Shown piece after piece: positions 18,336 to 26,573 of a stretch of 64,000 bases of DNA. Origin of the DNA: Hypnocyclicus thermotrophus. Its GTDB lineage: Bacteria; Fusobacteriota; Fusobacteriia; Fusobacteriales; Fusobacteriaceae. Every line of letters starts with the position of its first letter. The stretch's first letter is position 1. Location of the stretch: contig NZ_SOBG01000003.1 in NCBI RefSeq assembly GCF_004365575.1, positions 196,997 to 260,996 of the forward strand, in the 5' to 3' direction. The position numbers and the translations under genes are program-made. Under the pieces are notes generated by a model, which saw only the letters and a program-made list of their open reading frames with translations, was not told the DNA's origin and did not search any database.

Positions 18336-18449
18336 CATTGAGATATTATTTTATATAGAGTGAGTCTCTATATTTACATTGTAATGAGAAATTGAACCCT
18401 CCTGTTGGACTTGTTGCGTCCTATACTGTGACAGTTGCAATAGATTGAG

Positions 18450-18500
18450 AAAAAAATAAAAAAGCCATACACAAACTCATAATTGAGTTCATGTATGGCT
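18450..18500 (-). terminator. rho-independent terminator
   Basis: The minus-strand stem GCCATACA...TGTATGGC is followed by TTTTTTATTTTTTT. Confidence 0.55.
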
Positions 18501-18511
18501 CATATATTATG

Positions 18512-18545
18512 TAAAAGTGGACGAGGTACGTCCACTTTATATTTT
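18512..18545 (-). terminator. rho-independent terminator
   Basis: The minus-strand stem AAAGTGGACG-TACC-CGTCCACTTT is followed by T-rich sequence immediately after the stop of the 627-aa gene. Confidence 0.6.
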
Positions 18546-18549
18546 AATT

Positions 18550-20433
18550 TTATACTGCAATATTATGGTCATGTAAAAAGTCAAATATTGATTCCATAGA
18601 TTGCTTTGATAGGTGAGTCAATGCAAAATCATACCATATATGTTCTTGTTTACAAAAGTTTAAAGTGCAAGGCGATTTATCAATAATATGCTTACTGATG
18701 TTGGGTGGTAAATGTAATCCTAGACAAATTAATACCAACGTATTTATAGAAGGATCACGTTTACCATTCGCAATTCTGCTAATTGTCTGGTCATCAACCA
18801 TAATTTTCTTTTCTAACTCCTTATACGTAATTCCACGCCATTTTAACACAACTTTCAATGATTCACAAAAATCATTTGGCAAAGACTTATATACTCTCAT
18901 TTCATCCATAACAACATCTTCTACTAATTTGATTTGTTTATCATGGTCAGCATATGCATAACCATCACCATATACGATATTAAAACTTACTGTTGAATCC
19001 TTATCCTTATTGAGAAAACATACACTATGATAATCCTTTTTAGTTCCAGACTTGACTGTCATGTCAAAAACAAGACAGCATTCTTCCATATGATTACGAG
19101 CGTAATCAGTTAATATAGTAAATTCATTATCATCTTGGGTTAAATATTTAGGATGATTAAATACGAAATGTGCATCAACATATTGATAACTACCATCCCC
19201 AACAAGTCTAGATAATTTTTGATTTGTTATGCTCTGTATAGCTGCCTCTTCTGCACTAATAGAAAAAGTCTGATGTTCTTTTAATATGCCCTTTTTAAAA
19301 CGATGTGTAGCAACATATCTTCCATCAATATATGTAAATGTGCCTATTGCTTCCTCAAATCCAGCATCTACCATTCGAATTTTTGCTGCAGTACGAGATA
19401 CACAGAAAAAGGTTGATAATGCATCTATAACAGGTTCAATAACATCAATAATATCAAACTTCCCAGTTGATTCTCGAAATTGTTTAATAAATTTCCATGC
19501 CTGAGTTTTGAACATACCCATTGGCATTTGGATTCTCGGAGCAAGTGCATTTGCCTGCCATTCCATCCATTCTGTCGCGTCTCTACTATTGCCAGCAACA
19601 CCACCAATAGCTTGGCACTTAATTCTACTAGCTTCACTATTGTACAAACGCTCAAGTTCAAAAGCCTTTCGATGTTTATCCCAATGAACACACTCATGGA
19701 TGATGGTATTATTAACTTTACCTAGGTTATACAAAAAATAAGTTTCAGGGTCAACAAATATGGTTTTTTCATTTACATCTACTGACACTAATTCATCTGA
19801 GTCTTTATCATAAAACTCAGATGTACTATTATGAAAAAATATTTGGCCAAAAACAGAGCAATCCTTTGTGATATTCCTTACTTCAATATTCAAGCCCATT
19901 CCCTTAGCAAGTTCCATTGGATCAACTGGCATGGGTTGTAACAATGCTTTAGGATAATAATCCTTTAAAAACTGTGTTGCTATCTCTTCTAGCTGATTTT
20001 TATAAATAATTGGCACAAGAGCATCTGACATAGGTTTGGGTTGTTTATTTTTGTTGGTATACTCAGCTACACTTAAAATTGCAAAGTCATTTAAATTACA
20101 CTCCAGATTTCCAGAACATTTCAGCGTAAACCACTGACTACAATATTCCGATTCATCATAATGATAATCTGCCTCACGAACTTCCAGTTCAACCCCAACA
20201 ACGACATCAAATTCTATTTCCATATCTGGTAAATCACTAACAGATACAAACTTTACTTCTATATCTGATAATTCTATACCACCTATCTTTCTAACTCTAT
20301 ATAGCTGTAAATCCAAATTATTATAATTATCCGTGGCATAACTCTGTATAGCAGCATACATTTCATTTTCGAACCTATCTGCCACATAATCCCTAAAAGA
20401 ACGATTACCCGCCATTACAACAACCCCCTCCAA
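18550..20433 (-). CDS. ImmA/IrrE-family HEXXH metallopeptidase domain protein with C-terminal XRE-type HTH (627 aa)
   Basis: The peptidase motif IIHECVHWDKH is preceded by an ImmA-like N-lobe (PVDPMELAKGMGLNIEV...IFVDP). The C-terminal HTH reads ITYKELEKKIMVDDQTISRIANGKRDPSINTLVLIC. The gene is divergent from the plus-strand operon. Confidence 0.7.
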   Translation of the reverse strand: MEGVVVMAGNRSFRDYVADRFENEMYAAIQSYATDNYNNLDLQLYRVRKIGGIELSDIEVKFVSVSDLPDMEIEFDVVVGVELEVREADYHYDESEYCSQWFTLKCSGNLECNLNDFAILSVAEYTNKNKQPKPMSDALVPIIYKNQLEEIATQFLKDYYPKALLQPMPVDPMELAKGMGLNIEVRNITKDCSVFGQIFFHNSTSEFYDKDSDELVSVDVNEKTIFVDPETYFLYNLGKVNNTIIHECVHWDKHRKAFELERLYNSEASRIKCQAIGGVAGNSRDATEWMEWQANALAPRIQMPMGMFKTQAWKFIKQFRESTGKFDIIDVIEPVIDALSTFFCVSRTAAKIRMVDAGFEEAIGTFTYIDGRYVATHRFKKGILKEHQTFSISAEEAAIQSITNQKLSRLVGDGSYQYVDAHFVFNHPKYLTQDDNEFTILTDYARNHMEECCLVFDMTVKSGTKKDYHSVCFLNKDKDSTVSFNIVYGDGYAYADHDKQIKLVEDVVMDEMRVYKSLPNDFCESLKVVLKWRGITYKELEKKIMVDDQTISRIANGKRDPSINTLVLICLGLHLPPNISKHIIDKSPCTLNFCKQEHIWYDFALTHLSKQSMESIFDFLHDHNIAV

Positions 20434-20585
20434 CAGGCAATATAATAAAATATATTTTTCTGACTTTTAACTTTCTTACATTTTTTACATATCCCTTTGG
20501 ATAATATTGTAACACTCAAAAATAGATGTTTCAATCGTTTTAACTAAATATTCTTGTTATCACAACAATTTTCATGCAATATACA

Positions 20586-20614
20586 TTGTTTTTTACACTT
20601 CCAAATGATATAAT
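20586..20614 (+). promoter_or_regulatory. candidate sigma-70 promoter for the plus-strand HTH/ASCH/methyltransferase operon
   Basis: TTGTTT-N17-TATAAT, followed by short inverted repeats (TTGTT ATCAC AACAA upstream). Confidence 0.35.
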
Positions 20615-20682
20615 TTTAAAAGCGACAAATTATTTAGTCGTTATTATTCAAAGTTTTATATTTTATTGAGAGGTGGAAATAG

Positions 20683-20898
20683 ATGCCTATAAGTTACAAA
20701 AAATTATGGAAATTACTTATTGACAAAGATATGAAAAAAAAAGACTTACAGATTGCTGCTGGAATAAGCTCTTCTTCCATCACGAAAATGGCAAAAAATC
20801 AGAATGTAAACACTGAAACGTTAACTAAAGTTTGCAAAGCACTTGACTGTGATATTTCTGATATAGTTGAGATTGTAAATGACAAACCTCCTAACTAA
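20683..20898 (+). CDS. XRE-family HTH transcriptional regulator (71 aa)
   Basis: An HTH_3/HTH_26-like sequence (KKKDLQIAAGISSSSITKMAKNQNVNTETLTKVCKALDCDISDIV). A GAGGTGG RBS precedes the start. Confidence 0.7.
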   Translation: MPISYKKLWKLLIDKDMKKKDLQIAAGISSSSITKMAKNQNVNTETLTKVCKALDCDISDIVEIVNDKPPN

Positions 20899-21167
20899 TC
20901 TTATCTAAGTTTTTTATTTTACTTAATAGCATATTACTTTCAACTAATTATATATCTTTCACAATGATGTAAAGTTTAAAAAGTTGTTACACTATTTAAA
21001 TTATTGAAAGTAAGTTTGCAAACTGATTATATTTTATAAAGATTGTCAATTCCAATTAGCACAAGATGATACTGTAAATATATTGCTTAAATCATACAAG
21101 CCATCAGATTGTAATCAAAAAAAATATATTATAACAATGATAAAAATCAGGAGGTAAAACCGATACA

Positions 21168-21635
21168 ATGACACCAATAATGAGTTTTTGGCCAAGCATT
21201 TATGAAAAGATTTTAAACCAAATTAAATTAATTGAATACCGTAGGACTTTTCCAAAAGACTGCAAATTCGCTTATATGTATGTTAGTAAACCGGTAAAAG
21301 CAGTTTGTGGAATTTTATATTTTGGTGAAAAACATACGCTTTCAGATTGGAAAGAAAAATATTCTAATAGTTTTGAGATTTCTACTAGAATTGATGAGTA
21401 TCTCAAGAATTACAGATATGGCATGGAAATTAAGGGTTTTCAAAAGGTTTATCCCATAACTTTAGATGACTTGCGAAAAAATGTCCCTGGATTTGTTGCC
21501 CCTCAATCATATTTACTACTAGAAAATAATAAAAATCTTGCAGAATACTTAGAAAGAAATCTTGTTCTTGTTGGTGAAAAAATTGAAAATGACTTTTCAA
21601 ATGCCTATCCAGAGCATGTTTGTAAGAGGTATTAA
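21168..21635 (+). CDS. ASCH-domain (PUA-like) protein
   Basis: The ASCH signature K-x2-E-x-R is present in NQIKLIEYRR (K20, E23, R25), followed by a YMYVSKPVKAVCGILYFGE beta-barrel-like block. An AGGAGG RBS precedes the start. The stop lies 3 nt before the methyltransferase start. Confidence 0.55.
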   Translation: MTPIMSFWPSIYEKILNQIKLIEYRRTFPKDCKFAYMYVSKPVKAVCGILYFGEKHTLSDWKEKYSNSFEISTRIDEYLKNYRYGMEIKGFQKVYPITLDDLRKNVPGFVAPQSYLLLENNKNLAEYLERNLVLVGEKIENDFSNAYPEHVCKRY

Positions 21636-21638
21636 ATA

Positions 21639-22724
21639 ATGTTAAAAGTATTTGAAGCGTTTGCTGGATATGGAAGTCAACGTCTAGCCCTAAAAAATGC
21701 AAACATACCTCATGAGATTGTTGGTATATCAGAAATCGATGGTGATGTAATTCGTTCATATGCTGCAATCCATGAAAATTTATTGGAAGAAAGAAAAAAG
21801 GAATTATTGATTTCAGATGAGCAAATGCTTAATTTTCTAGAAAAAATCAATGTTCCACTCGATTATAAGACTTTTAAAAACAAAGCAAAGAATTTAAAGG
21901 GTCAAAAGTTAAAAGACATGTATCTTGCTAATAAACTTAGTAAAAATTTTGGGGATATTCGTACAATTAACCCCGATAAATTACCGGACTTTGATTTTTT
22001 TACATACTCATTTCCTTGCCAAGATATTTCTATTGCTGGTTATCAAAATGGATTAGATGCAGACTCAGGGACTCGCTCTTCACTTCTTTGGGAATGCTGC
22101 AAAATTATTGAAAAAAAGAGGCCGAAATATTTAATGATGGAAAACGTAAAAAACCTAATCGGTAAAAATCACATAAAAAACTTTGAAGAATTCTTACTCT
22201 ATTTAAAAAGATTAGGATATAAAAACTATTGGGATGTATTAAACGCTCGTGATTATGGAATTCCTCAAAATAGAGAAAGAGTATTTTGTATCAGTATTCT
22301 TGATAGCCATGAAGAATTCACGTTTCCACCAATCAGAGAACTATCTATTTTTATGAACGATCTATTAGAAGATGATGTCCCCATTAATTTTTATTTAAAA
22401 AATAATCAAGTAAGTGATGAACCTATTAGTCAAGATTATATTTATTGCCTAGATTCAAATTATTGGAAAGGTACATTTTTAAAAGATTTTCGTACTAAAA
22501 AAAGACGACAATTAGTATCAGGACCCGTTCGGGATGATGGAAAATATCCAGCAAGGCGACTAACCCCTAGAGAAACTTGGCGATTTATGGGAGTTAATGA
22601 TGCCGATTTTGATAAGGCTAGTAAATTAGTAAGTAACACAAGTCTATACAGACAAGCTGGAAATAGCATTGTAGTTCCAGTCTTAGAAGCAATATATAAA
22701 AAATTATTTTTACATAAGGAGTGA
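21639..22724 (+). CDS. DNA (cytosine-5)-methyltransferase
   Basis: Motif I FEAFAGYGSQ, motif IV SFPCQD, motif VI ENVKNL and motif VIII GIPQNRERVF are present. An ~80-aa insertion lies between motifs I and IV. Confidence 0.9.
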   Translation: MLKVFEAFAGYGSQRLALKNANIPHEIVGISEIDGDVIRSYAAIHENLLEERKKELLISDEQMLNFLEKINVPLDYKTFKNKAKNLKGQKLKDMYLANKLSKNFGDIRTINPDKLPDFDFFTYSFPCQDISIAGYQNGLDADSGTRSSLLWECCKIIEKKRPKYLMMENVKNLIGKNHIKNFEEFLLYLKRLGYKNYWDVLNARDYGIPQNRERVFCISILDSHEEFTFPPIRELSIFMNDLLEDDVPINFYLKNNQVSDEPISQDYIYCLDSNYWKGTFLKDFRTKKRRQLVSGPVRDDGKYPARRLTPRETWRFMGVNDADFDKASKLVSNTSLYRQAGNSIVVPVLEAIYKKLFLHKE

Positions 22725-22730
22725 AAAAAT

Positions 22731-23540
22731 ATGACTAACAAAGAACGAATCATTCAATTATTTTATGCTAATGTAAAAGGAAGACGCCCAGACACAACAG
22801 GCTCAAACATTCATCATGATGGTAGAGAAGGTCATTGGTTAGAACGCCAATTCGGAATAAGTGCCAACGCATCAAACGAAGCTGATTTATTTGGATATGA
22901 ATTAAAAAATGAAACCACAAGTAAGACTACTTTTGGTGATTGGTCTGCAAACAGATATATTTTTAAAACTGGTGAATATGTGCATTGTTTTGATGGCAAC
23001 ACTGCCTCTGATCGCCAAGATAGTTTTTGTAGGATATTTGGTAAACCAAACCCACTTAAAGGTGGTAGATACTCTTGGTCTGGGAGCCCATGCCCAACTA
23101 TTCATGGTTATAATAATTTTGGACAGGTACTTATAATAGATAATAATAAAGACATTATTGCCATATATTCTTATAGCCAAGATAAGCGTATAAACAAATC
23201 ACAAGTCGTTCCCGTTGAATTACGACAAGACAATTTAGAAATAGCTAGATGGTTTGGAGAATATTCGCCAACTTCTAAACGAACCGACAAATGTCTTCAG
23301 GCCAAATTGGAAGATAAATTTAATCATGAGGGTTGGTTTACTTGTAAAAAAGGTCTAGATGGAACATATCAAAAAATTTGTTTCGGAGAGCCTATAACCT
23401 ATGATAATTGGTTGAACTTAGTCAAAAAAGGTATTGTGTTTTTTGATAGCGGAATGTACCAAGGAAATAAAAGACCATATTCACAATGGAGAGCTAATAA
23501 TTCATTTTGGGATAGTTTAATTATAGAATGTTATGAATAA
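22731..23540 (+). CDS. MutH/Sau3AI-family PD-(D/E)XK endonuclease, single domain (269 aa)
   Basis: EGHWLERQFGISANASNEADLFGYELK aligns with the MutH block [26 protein letters not shown]. The catalytic D52, E57 and K59 are retained. Confidence 0.6.
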   Translation: MTNKERIIQLFYANVKGRRPDTTGSNIHHDGREGHWLERQFGISANASNEADLFGYELKNETTSKTTFGDWSANRYIFKTGEYVHCFDGNTASDRQDSFCRIFGKPNPLKGGRYSWSGSPCPTIHGYNNFGQVLIIDNNKDIIAIYSYSQDKRINKSQVVPVELRQDNLEIARWFGEYSPTSKRTDKCLQAKLEDKFNHEGWFTCKKGLDGTYQKICFGEPITYDNWLNLVKKGIVFFDSGMYQGNKRPYSQWRANNSFWDSLIIECYE

Positions 23541-23554
23541 CAAGGAGGTATATC

Positions 23555-25105
23555 ATGTTTAAGCTAACTAATGAAATTAAAATAGTCATTAACCATATAC
23601 CTTTACCATGGATTCCAAAAATTGAATTATATTATCCTGATTTGCCACAATTCCCCATTATTTATATCAATACATATGTTAATAAACAGCGAATTCTTGC
23701 TTGCCCAGTTGCTGTAAGTTACCAAATAGAAGAGAATTCTTGCAATGCCATATTCACTGTTTTAACTAATGTAGAATCAAATGAACTCACTAATGAAAAA
23801 ATTAAATTAGAGCTATCTGAGCGTATTGGATATTCAGAAAAAATATCAAAATCAGATGTTATTGAATGTTGCAATGGGAACGAACAATATATAGCTTTAT
23901 TCACAGATCTTTGGGAGTACATTCAATTTTCATATGGGGAATTTGTTCCCTATGGTAAGTTCTACGAGGAGATTTTTTCAATTATTCGCTTTGTCGCTGC
24001 ATGGCAACCTAAAACCGGAAGACAAAGTGAAATGCGTATGCTATATAATTTCATGAGTGCTTTTGGTGAAAAAGTTGTAATGCCAAAAAAATGGAGTCAT
24101 CTAGAGTTTTATGCTATTCCTAACTTATACGATGTATCAAATAGTTGTTTTCTTCAATTTCCAAAATTTTCAACACTTAAGTCTGCAATGAACAAATTAT
24201 TTGATGAATATTTTATTAAAAATATTAATATTAATGGCATAGAATTTAAAGTGATGGAGCATGCGTGGAAGCAAAACAAAGATAGCTTTATATCAAATGT
24301 AACCGATCCTATGTTTTCTAGAGGGATATTATCTGAAGAAGAAAAACTTTATGCTGAAACGTTAGTTGATGCTTTTAATCGTCATGCATGGAGAGCAGCA
24401 TATTTCATAAGTGCTTTTATGAATATTAAAAATAACTACAGTATGTGGACAAAAAAATTTTTTATGGATTTTTATAAGAATGGAAATAAATTAAAAGGAT
24501 ATTCTGAAAAAGTAATTGCTTGTTTTTTACAACAAGGATTTCTTAATCCTGAAGTAATACCAATTGATACTTGGGTAAAAACTTTCTATGAATTTCCATT
24601 AGGGATTAATACTAACACCCAGTTTTTCAATGAATTTTCAAACCTAGGAAAATTAGAACGAATTATTTGGCTTTCCAGTCAATCAAACAAGACCAATATG
24701 AAAACTTTCTTTGATATTCTTTGGTGTCAGCGGTATGGAACAATTGGAAATGGAGAACTAAGAGGTATTAATCCTATTGCTTGTTACAGTTGCCAACTTA
24801 AAAATAGCTGTGTTGGTGTAGCAAAAAAAAGATTTACTAATGTTAAGCTATTAAACAACTCTTCAAATTCTGAAGAAAATTTATCTGCAATTTTTGAATA
24901 TAACCCTGAAATAACTTATATTTGTATTTTATATAACGGTGTTCCAAAGAAATGCTATGTTAGAAAAAAAGGCATAGCAACTCTGATAGACGAATTTAGC
25001 GGATATATATTAACAGCGCAAAACAAACTATCTGATGATTTATTACATAAAGGTACTATAACTTTTGAAGAATTTATTTTTTCCAAAAATAAAAACCATG
25101 AATAA
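23555..25105 (+). CDS. 516-aa protein with Endonuclease-III-like HhH-GPD glycosylase signature and Cys cluster
   Basis: GYSEK(319)VIACFLQQGFLNPEVIPID(338)TW parallels the Nth block GVGRK(120)TANVVL...VD(138)THV. Cysteines 391, 410, 413 and 419 give C-x18-C-x2-C-x5-C, and the Asp-to-first-Cys spacing is like Nth. Large N- and C-terminal extensions are unassigned. Confidence 0.5.
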   Translation: MFKLTNEIKIVINHIPLPWIPKIELYYPDLPQFPIIYINTYVNKQRILACPVAVSYQIEENSCNAIFTVLTNVESNELTNEKIKLELSERIGYSEKISKSDVIECCNGNEQYIALFTDLWEYIQFSYGEFVPYGKFYEEIFSIIRFVAAWQPKTGRQSEMRMLYNFMSAFGEKVVMPKKWSHLEFYAIPNLYDVSNSCFLQFPKFSTLKSAMNKLFDEYFIKNININGIEFKVMEHAWKQNKDSFISNVTDPMFSRGILSEEEKLYAETLVDAFNRHAWRAAYFISAFMNIKNNYSMWTKKFFMDFYKNGNKLKGYSEKVIACFLQQGFLNPEVIPIDTWVKTFYEFPLGINTNTQFFNEFSNLGKLERIIWLSSQSNKTNMKTFFDILWCQRYGTIGNGELRGINPIACYSCQLKNSCVGVAKKRFTNVKLLNNSSNSEENLSAIFEYNPEITYICILYNGVPKKCYVRKKGIATLIDEFSGYILTAQNKLSDDLLHKGTITFEEFIFSKNKNHE

Positions 25106-25155
25106 AAAAAAGCATCACCCGCATTGGATACAACCATCTGCGAGTGATGTTTTTC
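25106..25155. terminator. bidirectional terminator between convergent genes
   Basis: An A-run, then the hairpin CATCACCCGCA...TGCGAGTGATG, then TTTTTCTTAT. Confidence 0.45.
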
Positions 25156-26340
25156 TTATAAAATCCTATATTGACCTAAATAATCAAGCATGCTTTTAGC
25201 AACTGCATCAATAACGTTAATACATACTGAATTACCAAACTGCTTATAAGCTTGAGAATTTGAAACAGCAATAATAAATTCTTCAGGAAAGCCTTGTAAT
25301 CTAGCACATTCTCGTGGGGTTAACATTCTAGGATTCTTCCCATTTTGCTCAATTAATGCTTCGCTTCCATCCTTATAATATCTTGCACTAATGGTGCTCG
25401 TATACTTGCTGTTTGAATTAAACAAACAAAAACCAAATCCATTTCCTTTCTTTTTATGTGCTTTCTTTCTTTCTAAGTGACCTTGATACAATTTGTCTGA
25501 TATTGTAAATCTATCAGGTACTTCCTTTTCTAAAATCATTCCTACATTAACACTGTCATCCACGTAACCCTTTGGATATTTAAACTTCACAAAATCAGCC
25601 GGTAGGTAATCTTTATTGAATCCAACAATAATAATACGTTCTCTATTTTGAGGTACCCCAAAGTGGTAAGCGTTCAATACTTCCGGTTCAGGTACGTAAT
25701 AATTTAGTTCATTGAGAATCGAAAGAATTACTTTCAAAGTTCTTCCTTTATCATGGCCACGTAATTGTTTCACATTTTCAAGCATAAATGCTTTTGGTCG
25801 TTTTTCCCTTAAAATTTTAGCAATATTAAAGAATAATGTACCACGCGCATCTTCAAATCCTTTTTTTAACCCCGCTTGAGAAAATGGTTGGCACGGAAAT
25901 CCTGCCAACAAAATATCATGATCTGGAATATCTTTTTCGTCAATTTGCGTAATATCTCCTGCGGGCATTTCACCATAATTTATCCTATAAGTTTTTTGAG
26001 CAAATTTATCCCATTCTGATGAAAATACTGTTCGACCGCCATGGCGCTGAAAACCTAGTCTAATACCACCAATTCCGGCAAACAAATCTATCTGAGTAAA
26101 TCTACTATTTTCTATGCTTGGTGCAACAAAAGGAGGCTCTGTGGGAAAGGCTAATATTTTCTTATAAACCTCATCTGGAACTTCCTTCTTGTCAGTTTCC
26201 CAAAACTTTAATTCTTTTTCTTCTTCTTTGCTTAAACCAAGAGCATCTGAAAATTCCTTACGAGTAACATCTATTTTTTTTCTAATATTTGTTATAATTT
26301 GACCTTTTGTCAATTCAATACTCACGCTAGTGTTAGTCAT
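25156..26340 (-). CDS. DNA (cytosine-5)-methyltransferase with N-terminal HTH extension
   Basis: Motif I DLFAGIGG, motif IV GFPCQPFS, motif VI ENVKQL and motif VIII GVPQNRERIII are present. The first ~90 aa are HTH-like, as in autoregulatory C5-methyltransferases. Confidence 0.9.
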   Translation of the reverse strand: MTNTSVSIELTKGQIITNIRKKIDVTRKEFSDALGLSKEEEKELKFWETDKKEVPDEVYKKILAFPTEPPFVAPSIENSRFTQIDLFAGIGGIRLGFQRHGGRTVFSSEWDKFAQKTYRINYGEMPAGDITQIDEKDIPDHDILLAGFPCQPFSQAGLKKGFEDARGTLFFNIAKILREKRPKAFMLENVKQLRGHDKGRTLKVILSILNELNYYVPEPEVLNAYHFGVPQNRERIIIVGFNKDYLPADFVKFKYPKGYVDDSVNVGMILEKEVPDRFTISDKLYQGHLERKKAHKKKGNGFGFCLFNSNSKYTSTISARYYKDGSEALIEQNGKNPRMLTPRECARLQGFPEEFIIAVSNSQAYKQFGNSVCINVIDAVAKSMLDYLGQYRIL

Positions 26341-26573
26341 TATTTTATTTCTTCTCCTTCTCCTTTTTTACAATCATCTATGTATAACAATTCTGCTACC
26401 TCACAATCAAAGAGCGAACATAATTTTTCAATGGTTTTATAATTAATCCTAGTAGCCTTATCATTATACAGATTAGAAACTGTCGTTCTAGAAAGTTTAG
26501 TTCTCTCGTGTACTTCTTGTATTGAAAATCTATGTTCTCCCATCAAAGTTGATAACCTGCAATGAAGTTTCAT
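26340..26573 (-). CDS. small XRE-type HTH protein (controller-like)
   Basis: The HTH reads FSIQEVHERTKLSRTTVSNLYNDKATRINYKTIEKLCSLFDC. The probable start is an internal ATG with an AGGAGGAG RBS; the ORF track gives 26340..26678. The stop overlaps the methyltransferase start. Confidence 0.6.
   Translation of the reverse strand: MKLHCRLSTLMGEHRFSIQEVHERTKLSRTTVSNLYNDKATRINYKTIEKLCSLFDCEVAELLYIDDCKKGEGEEIK

Noticed and set aside
18144-18338. ORF 18144..18338 (-), 64 aa
   Set aside because: It coincides with the GC-rich structured leader. Hairpins and a terminator explain the sequence better than coding.
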